DNA of 64,000 nucleotides, taken from positions 1,596 through 65,595 of the forward strand of contig LCDA01000003.1 in the NCBI GenBank assembly GCA_000998275.1, read 5' to 3'. The notes under the pieces are model-generated. The model did not search any database and was not told where the DNA came from. It worked only from the letters and a program-made list of their open reading frames with translations. This document shows positions 57,588 through 64,000 of this stretch, one piece after another. The position numbers and the translations under genes were made by a program. This DNA comes from Candidatus Collierbacteria bacterium GW2011_GWA2_42_17. GTDB taxonomy: Bacteria; Patescibacteriota; Microgenomatia; UBA1400; MFAQ01. The number at the start of each line of letters is the position of its first letter. Position 1 is the first letter of the stretch.

Positions 57588-58882
57588 TTTTCAACCTTGA
57601 AGTCGTTTTCGAGGTTGGTGGAGAGAGTCTGATTGTCGATATTGATTGTTTGAGGTGAGGAAACAAGGCCGTGTTGTTTAAGAATGGTTAGGGAGTAGTT
57701 ATCACCGGAGATGGGGAGAGTGTAGGAAAGAGTGACTTGGGTCTGATTTTGAGCGGGAGTAGTTAACCAGAAGCCAATCTCGGTGAGACCGTATTTTTGA
57801 ATAATGGACGCGGGTTTGAAAACAGCAGTTTCTTTGTTGGCAATCTCCGGTATTTCGCGGTCGATGTTTATATTTTCGGCATTGGCGGGAAGATAGAAAC
57901 GAAGATAGGCGATGTAGTCACCACCATAATGGAAGGGAGGATTGGGGCTGGCTTCAACTGAGGCGTTATGAAATTTGACGGTGATTTTGTGGGTAACCAG
58001 ATTGTTTTGGAGGGAAATGATATGGCTGGTTTTCCGTTGGATATAGGCGTTGGCTTTGTTGGCGCCAAGGTTGGTTTCGATCAATAAATAGGTATCCGGG
58101 CTAGAGGAAACCAGTTGGCCGGCGAAGTTTTTCTTTTCCAGGAAGTTTTGGAAGTTTTCATCGGTAGAGTTTATGACGATGTTTTGATTGACTAGGTCCT
58201 GATACATGATTTTGGAGACCTTGACCTTTTTGTTTAGAGGAAGATTGAGGATTTCTTTTTTGAAAGATAGACCGACAGCCGTAAGGGTGTCTTTTTTTTG
58301 AGTGGAGCCAGGGAAAAAGTTCATTTCAGTCTTACCTTGGAGAAAGAGATAGAGATTGTCGGGGGTAATTTGGGCATCGTACTCGGGGACAGTAAAAGTG
58401 CCGACAACATCGAGAACTTTCTTGATGGTCGTTAGGTTGAGAATGAGGAGATTGTCGGGATTGATCTCTCCCCCTTTTTCCATAAACCAACGGAGAGTGG
58501 TGGCCGTGGTGGGGAAGTCCGGTTCCCAGTCGGCGTTGGCGAGCTCCCAGGAGCCGTGTTTGAAAGCTTCCTGAATGGGAGCGGGAGGGGTGACGTAACC
58601 TTTGAGCTGACCGTTGGGGACGTAGATATCCTGAAAGGAGAGCTCAAATTTGGGGTAGTTGGCGATGAGCTTGGCGTAGGATCCGGCAAAACCACCGTTG
58701 GCGCGCATCTCGGCGTCGTTTCCGAGAAGGATGAGGTAGGAGACGGGTTTGTTGATACCTAGAAGGTAGTTGGTGAAGGGAAGGTAGGGCTTGATAAAAC
58801 GGGTGAGAGGAAGGGAAATGATGATAAAAAGGCTGAGGATGAGGGATAAGATGAGAAAGAAAGACGGTGATGTCCGACGCAT
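57584..58882 (-). CDS. DUF4012-domain protein
   Basis: YLILLGNDAEMRANGGFAGSY, ANWEPDFP, NLGANKAN, YLRFYLP. Confidence 0.8.
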   Translation of the reverse strand: MRRTSPSFFLILSLILSLFIIISLPLTRFIKPYLPFTNYLLGINKPVSYLILLGNDAEMRANGGFAGSYAKLIANYPKFELSFQDIYVPNGQLKGYVTPPAPIQEAFKHGSWELANADWEPDFPTTATTLRWFMEKGGEINPDNLLILNLTTIKKVLDVVGTFTVPEYDAQITPDNLYLFLQGKTEMNFFPGSTQKKDTLTAVGLSFKKEILNLPLNKKVKVSKIMYQDLVNQNIVINSTDENFQNFLEKKNFAGQLVSSSPDTYLLIETNLGANKANAYIQRKTSHIISLQNNLVTHKITVKFHNASVEASPNPPFHYGGDYIAYLRFYLPANAENINIDREIPEIANKETAVFKPASIIQKYGLTEIGFWLTTPAQNQTQVTLSYTLPISGDNYSLTILKQHGLVSSPQTINIDNQTLSTNLENDFKVEN

Positions 58883-58884
58883 AA

Positions 58885-59229
58885 CTAATTAAAAACTGCA
58901 GATTCTAGACGATCAATTCTTTTGTCTTGTTTTTCGATACGCTGTCTGAAGGAAGAGTTTATTTCGGTTTCTTGGCGGAGCTCTTTAATTTCGGTGATGA
59001 TAGCATCCTTAAAGTCGAGAAGATCGTTGCGAAGTTCGTGTCTTAAGTCCTCACCGTCTTGTTTGGTAAATAAATCTGATTTTTCTACAAGAAACTCTTT
59101 CTTAGTGAGGAGGTCTTTCTTTGCATCAAGAAACTCTTTCTTAGTGAGGAGGTCTTTCTTTGCATCAAGAAACTCTTTCTTAGTGAGAAAGTGCTTTTCC
59201 ATCAACTCAATGTCTTTTGGGGTTAACAT
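58885..59229 (-). CDS. Coiled-coil hypothetical protein with 13-aa tandem repeats
   Basis: LTKKEFLDAKKDL repeats. Confidence 0.7.
   Translation of the reverse strand: MLTPKDIELMEKHFLTKKEFLDAKKDLLTKKEFLDAKKDLLTKKEFLVEKSDLFTKQDGEDLRHELRNDLLDFKDAIITEIKELRQETEINSSFRQRIEKQDKRIDRLESAVFN
59088..59187. repeat. 39-nt tandem repeat, about 2.5 copies
   Basis: CAAGAAACTCTTTCTTAGTGAGGAGGTCTTTCTTTGCAT. Confidence 0.9.
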
Positions 59230-59258
59230 ACTATCAGTATATCAATTAAAATAGAGGG

Positions 59259-59945
59259 ATGACACTTAGAGAGAGGTTATTACTATCACCCCTTTATGAT
59301 TGGTTTGGGAAGCGATCCTATGCTCAGTCAGGGGAGGATATTATTGCCGATCTGGAGTTAGGCAGAAAAGGTAAAGGAGTATATATAGATGTAGGAGCTT
59401 TTCACCCTAAACTGTTTTCGAACACCTATTTGTTTTATAAACGGGGATGGAGTGGAGTATGTATTGAGCCGAGACCGGAAGCAAAAGAGTGGTTTTTGAA
59501 GGTAAGAAACCGTGATAAGTTTGTGGGGATGGGAGTAGGAGCCAAAAAAGATGTTTTGGAGTACTTTGAGTTTGATGATAGTGCTACAAATACTTTTTTG
59601 AAAGATCAAGTAGAAAAAAATATCAAAGAAGCGGGGAGGAAACTAAAACGAAAAATAAATGTGGCAGTGATGCCCCTAGCCGATATTTTGGCGAGTAGTG
59701 GGTTGGGGAATGCCCCTATTGATTTGATGTCTGTGGACGTTGAAGGGATGGATTTGGAAGTTTTGGCTTCAAATGACTGGAAAAAATATAGACCAAAACT
59801 GGTTATCTGTGAGGATTTGGAGTATGATTTTGAGAGTCCGAAGTCGTCTGGAACAGTAAAATATCTTTTGGGTCTAGGATATGGGTTGGTTGCCAAGACG
59901 CCTTACAGTTTGATATTTAAGGATAAAAATACTAGAGAAGAGTGA
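59259..59945 (+). CDS. FkbM family methyltransferase
   Basis: YAQSGED, YIDVGAFHP, SNT, IDLMSVDVEGMD. Confidence 0.88.
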   Translation: MTLRERLLLSPLYDWFGKRSYAQSGEDIIADLELGRKGKGVYIDVGAFHPKLFSNTYLFYKRGWSGVCIEPRPEAKEWFLKVRNRDKFVGMGVGAKKDVLEYFEFDDSATNTFLKDQVEKNIKEAGRKLKRKINVAVMPLADILASSGLGNAPIDLMSVDVEGMDLEVLASNDWKKYRPKLVICEDLEYDFESPKSSGTVKYLLGLGYGLVAKTPYSLIFKDKNTREE

Positions 59946-60068
59946 GTTGTAGAAGGATTGGGAAAATTTGGTAAAATTTGTGAGGTTTGATTTGGAGAGC
60001 TTAAAAGGGTTAAAATTATAAGAGAAAAAGAAGTACTGTGCTAAAATATTGGTCGATTAAGTAAACAA

Positions 60069-61220
60069 ATGAAACATTTTTTAAACTACTGGATAAAAGA
60101 CTTTTTTGAATACATAGGGCTGCTTTTTTCTCATTTCGTAAAGTATTACCTTTCACCCAAGTTTGCGGTTTTTGAGTCTTTTAAATCTCTCTTGGTGGGT
60201 AAGATGTATCAGCATCGAGGTAAAAATGCCCAACTTTTTGTGAATGCGGCGATGGTGACGGTGATGGTGGTGGGAATAGCGTTTGGACCTTCTTTGGTGA
60301 CTAACGATTCTCAAACACAAGCAGTTTTGGCCTCTGGTTTTAGGAGTAAATTTGTTTTTGCCGAAGAAGGTACCGGAACTGGGGGAAGCCAAGTTTTGGG
60401 ATTAACTACTGATGCACAAATGACAGTGGATCCTTTGACGCAGGTTTCTGATAAACCTAGAGCGGATGTTTTTGAGTACACGGTGGAGGATGGAGACACA
60501 CTAGCAGCAATTGCCAAAAAGTTTGGCGTGGACACGGACTCAATTAAGTGGTTGAACTCGGGCTTGAACGAGAAAAAAATTAAACCAGGCACGGTAATGA
60601 AGATTCCACCGGTAACGGGTGTGATGCACACGGTAAAGAGTGGCGAGACGGTTTACTCTATTGCTAAACGTTACAATGTGTCTGCTCAGGCGATTGTCGA
60701 CTTCCCCTTTAACGAGTTTAGTAATGACGAAACCTTTGCTTTAGCGATTGGTCAGGAGATTGTGGTTCCTGATGGTGAGATGCCTGAGGAAATAATTACT
60801 TCACCAAGAAGCAACTTGGCTAATACTCTGACACCTAATGCCGGTGCGGTATCGGCTACCGGAAGCTGGATATGGCCGGCAGCGGGGACGATTACTCAGT
60901 GGTACAAAGCATGGCATAAAGGATTGGATATTGCCAACCGTAGTGGGGGAAATATCTTGGCGGCGGATTCCGGAACGGTAATAGTGGCCGGATGGCCGGA
61001 TAACTCGGGTTACGGAAACCGAGTGATGATTGATCATGGAAACGGATATAAAACTTTGTATGCACATATGAGTAAGATTGCGGTGACTGTGGGTCAAACA
61101 GTGAAGAGGGGAAATGTTATTGGCCAAATGGGTTCAACAGGGAGATCAACGGGAACTCACCTCCACTTCGAGATTCGCTCGGATGCGGGGAATAGAGATC
61201 CAATTGGAGTGTTGAAGTAA
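60069..61220 (+). CDS. LysM x2 plus M23 peptidoglycan endopeptidase
   Basis: YTVEDGDTL, HTVKSGETV, HKGLDIA, YAHM, HLHFE. Confidence 0.92.
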   Translation: MKHFLNYWIKDFFEYIGLLFSHFVKYYLSPKFAVFESFKSLLVGKMYQHRGKNAQLFVNAAMVTVMVVGIAFGPSLVTNDSQTQAVLASGFRSKFVFAEEGTGTGGSQVLGLTTDAQMTVDPLTQVSDKPRADVFEYTVEDGDTLAAIAKKFGVDTDSIKWLNSGLNEKKIKPGTVMKIPPVTGVMHTVKSGETVYSIAKRYNVSAQAIVDFPFNEFSNDETFALAIGQEIVVPDGEMPEEIITSPRSNLANTLTPNAGAVSATGSWIWPAAGTITQWYKAWHKGLDIANRSGGNILAADSGTVIVAGWPDNSGYGNRVMIDHGNGYKTLYAHMSKIAVTVGQTVKRGNVIGQMGSTGRSTGTHLHFEIRSDAGNRDPIGVLK

Positions 61221-61273
61221 CCCGAAACATGGGAAAAGTATCTATGTACGGCGATAAATGTTAGAATACAGGC

Positions 61274-62350
61274 ATGGTTGACCATGTAAATATATTTGTA
61301 CGAGCGGGAAACGGTGGAGCTGGTGCCGTGTCTTTTCGGAGAGAGAAATTTATTCCCAAGGGTGGTCCTGATGGCGGTGACGGGGGTAAGGGTGGAAATG
61401 TGTATTTGGAGACCGATCCAAATCTGTCGACATTACAAGACTTTGCACATAATAAAAAGTTTGCGGCGGGAGATGGAATGAAAGGTGGGGGTAAAAAAAT
61501 GTCCGGTGCCAAGGGTGAGGACATTATCATAAAAGTTCCGGTAGGTACTCTGGTGAAACTGACGCGACTGGCTTTGGAGACGGACGAGGAAAAAGACATC
61601 CGTGTTCGGGGGATGAAACTGGGCGTTTTGGGAAAACTTTTTAGACAGGGACATATTGAGGGAGAAACATGGCAGCACTTGGACATGAGTGAACCCGGAA
61701 TGAGTCTTCGAATTGCCCGCGGAGGTAAGGGAGGAAGAGGTAACGTACATTTTAAAGGCTCGAGTAGAACGACACCCATGATTGCCGAAGATGGACAGAT
61801 GGGAGAGTCTTTTGAAGTAGAGTTGGAACTGAAACTTTTGGCCGATGTGGGCTTGGTGGGTTTGCCAAATGCCGGAAAATCAACTTTATTATCGGTGCTG
61901 TCTAACGCTCGTCCTAAGGTGGCCGATTATGAGTTTACTACCCTGGAGCCAAATCTGGGGGTGTTAAAAGCGGCGGATAAACATCTGGTAATTGCCGATA
62001 TTCCCGGGCTCATTGAAGGGGCTAGCGAGGGTAAGGGACTGGGAATAAAATTCCTCAAACATATTGAACGAACCAGGGTTTTGGTGCATCTCGTACCAAG
62101 TATTGGTGGAACTCCCGAAGAAATTTACGCGAAGTATAAAGTGATTAGAAAAGAACTGAAAGCCTTTGAAGCGGGTTTAGAAGATAAGAAAGAGATTGTA
62201 GTACTTTCGAAAATCGATTTAGTTGATGATGGACTGGTCAAAAAAACGGTTAGTTACTTTAAGAAAAAGAAAATAGCGTTGTTACCAATGTCGGCAGCGA
62301 CGGGCAATGGAGTAAAACAACTGGTGAGTGAGATTCTAAAAAAGAGCTAA
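61274..62350 (+). CDS. obgE: GTPase ObgE/CgtA
   Basis: GGPDGGDGG, GLPNAGKS, FTTLEP, DIPG. Confidence 0.96.
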   Translation: MVDHVNIFVRAGNGGAGAVSFRREKFIPKGGPDGGDGGKGGNVYLETDPNLSTLQDFAHNKKFAAGDGMKGGGKKMSGAKGEDIIIKVPVGTLVKLTRLALETDEEKDIRVRGMKLGVLGKLFRQGHIEGETWQHLDMSEPGMSLRIARGGKGGRGNVHFKGSSRTTPMIAEDGQMGESFEVELELKLLADVGLVGLPNAGKSTLLSVLSNARPKVADYEFTTLEPNLGVLKAADKHLVIADIPGLIEGASEGKGLGIKFLKHIERTRVLVHLVPSIGGTPEEIYAKYKVIRKELKAFEAGLEDKKEIVVLSKIDLVDDGLVKKTVSYFKKKKIALLPMSAATGNGVKQLVSEILKKS

Positions 62351-63027
62351 AAATCGACACACTCTCTTATATATTCATTCGAGTCAGGGTATTTTGTGCT
62401 GCAGTTGGTGATGGAGCCATCCTGGTTGGTTATCGGACTGCAGTTTGAGGTGCAAAATGACGGACTACAGGCAGGAATTTCGTCTTGGGAAACCACGACA
62501 CAGGCACCATTTTTGCACCCATAATGAATTGGACACAACTGCCGGAAACTACAACCAAAAGAGATATCGGCGTTTAGCATTCCCGGAGAGTTAAAAGCAA
62601 TTGTTTTGGGACAGTAGTCAATGTTGTTTGCTTGGCTGTCGAAAAAGGAGTATATCTGAGCATAGACGGCGTATTGTTGGGGACAAGAGGAGTTTACGGG
62701 TGTGACATAGATGGTGTAGGGTTTTTTAGAGTTGGGATCACAGGGAATGGCGTCAAGGTAGGGTTTGAGAAAGTCGGAGTCGCAAGCGTAACTAGGGCGG
62801 CCTTGAGAGTCTGTTAGAGGAAACTGTGGATAGCAGTCGTGATCGGAGTAGTAGGATTCCAGAGCAATCTTGATTTTGGAAAGGTCGGATTTACGGCGAG
62901 AGTCATATCCTTTAAAGATCTGGGCCATGGGGTTTATGCCGACTAAAAGAGCCATGCCAAGAACGACGATGATGGTAACGACGACCAGAATTTCGCTTAG
63001 GGTGAAGCCTTTGTGTTTGGTGGTCAT
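62347..63027 (-). CDS. Type IV pilin/GspG-like protein with Cys-rich C-terminus
   Basis: KGFTLSEILVV prepilin motif, DSRRKSDL..I..ALE.Y. Confidence 0.85.
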   Translation of the reverse strand: MTTKHKGFTLSEILVVVTIIVVLGMALLVGINPMAQIFKGYDSRRKSDLSKIKIALESYYSDHDCYPQFPLTDSQGRPSYACDSDFLKPYLDAIPCDPNSKKPYTIYVTPVNSSCPQQYAVYAQIYSFFDSQANNIDYCPKTIAFNSPGMLNADISFGCSFRQLCPIHYGCKNGACVVVSQDEIPACSPSFCTSNCSPITNQDGSITNCSTKYPDSNEYIRECVDF

Positions 63028-63083
63028 AATTTATTGTATTACGAAATTAACTGTTAGTTTGATTAATATTTTGAATTGGCTCA

Positions 63084-64000
63084 TTATTTTGTTTCGACTA
63101 ACCAGAAGTTAAAGGAAATATCAGCGGTTGATTTTTTGGCGATGGCGATGGTGAAGCCCACTCCGCTTTGTTTTGACTTAACATAAAGCACTTCACCACC
63201 AGTGTCGGAGGTGGGAGTGACGTAGATGAGAGTAGTATCGGTAATCTTGGTGTTGAGAATATTTATTTCGGTGGTATTGGCAGTGATAGTGCCTGTGCCG
63301 ATGGTAGCGTTAGTGTTGGTTTGAGTACTGCCGGAGCCGGAGGAAGAATTGTTTCCCGAGGCAATGATTAAACCATCGGTAGTAAGCTCAGTGAATCTAG
63401 CCGATTCGGTGGCGATAGTAGAGGAACCGACGGCGAGAGTACCGGAAACGGTAGCTGTTTGGGTGTCTAAACTCTTGGACAGTAGGTTGCCAGTGACTAA
63501 AAGATCGCCATTAACCACTACTTTGCCATCAGGATCGAGAATCATGAGTTTGTTTGAGATGTACACAAGTTTGTCTCCCGTTGGTTGAATATATAGATCG
63601 GTATCGAAGGCAGAGATTGATTGGGTAAAGATGGCTCCGTTGGCCAGCATGTCATTAGTGATGAGAGTATGCACATTTAGAGAGTTGAGGGCAAGGTCAG
63701 AGGGAATAATGGGAGTAGTTTTGGCAAGTGGAGAAAGCGCGAGGGGATCTCCGGAGATGATAGCTGAGGAAGTAGCACCAAAAAGTGAGGAGTAGGTGGA
63801 GTAACGCGCTTCAAGGTCGGCGAGAATTCCCGAAGCAGTTGAGTATTTTTTGTCGAGGAGATTAATTTCAGTGCGAAGATTATCTACCGTTTCACTTTTA
63901 ATGTTATCGGCGTAAAGGGTACCGGAGATAGTGGCATCAATTGTTTTTAGTTGATCGATGTCGGCTAAGGGCGAAATAAGTTTGGTTTTAACAGTAAGAT
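63084..64000 (-). CDS. C-terminal part of a large beta-rich surface protein (start probably beyond the window)
   Basis: The frame stays open upstream of the track start at 63674 as far as I translated it; S/T-rich, ends FNFWLVETK. Confidence 0.65.
   Translation of the reverse strand, partial: LTVKTKLISPLADIDQLKTIDATISGTLYADNIKSETVDNLRTEINLLDKKYSTASGILADLEARYSTYSSLFGATSSAIISGDPLALSPLAKTTPIIPSDLALNSLNVHTLITNDMLANGAIFTQSISAFDTDLYIQPTGDKLVYISNKLMILDPDGKVVVNGDLLVTGNLLSKSLDTQTATVSGTLAVGSSTIATESARFTELTTDGLIIASGNNSSSGSGSTQTNTNATIGTGTITANTTEINILNTKITDTTLIYVTPTSDTGGEVLYVKSKQSGVGFTIAIAKKSTADISFNFWLVETK

Noticed and set aside
1-64000. Alternative genetic code (TGA=Gly) or tRNA/rRNA genes
   Set aside because: Conserved genes end properly at TGA and are uninterrupted under code 11; no tRNA or rRNA signature was recognised by eye

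Overview
This window looks like the chromosome of a Patescibacteria/CPR bacterium, probably Microgenomates. That is an inference from gene content: short S1, DUF4012, sortase, pilin, large GT-C membrane protein and many apparently leaderless genes; TGA is used as a stop. Housekeeping genes are rpsA, radA, ddl, murF, murE, mraY, rho and obgE. A ~14 kb copper-homeostasis island (2.5-16.6 kb) carries two P1B ATPases, HMA chaperones, DsbD/cupredoxin proteins and a BlaI-M56 pair with three matching operators. The best candidate for a new system is an accessory region at 24.8-36.4 kb holding two unannotated short peptide ORFs with identical strong Shine-Dalgarno sequences. One (31 aa, ending YKTWGRAA) sits in an operon with a methyltransferase, a radical SAM/SPASM enzyme and a PqqD-like RRE. 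The other (50 aa) sits directly before an asparagine-synthetase/lasso-cyclase-like enzyme. The radical SAM cluster lies in a block bounded by a duplicated 3' end of an ABC ATPase gene, so it appears nested inside the peptidase-ABC-cyclase cluster. Other notable items are tandem small-RNA cassettes next to a cold-shock-like protein, structured RNAs near 20.5 kb and upstream of rho, and an orphan lpxC with a decayed second copy. All calls come from reading motifs by eye; no database searches were run.
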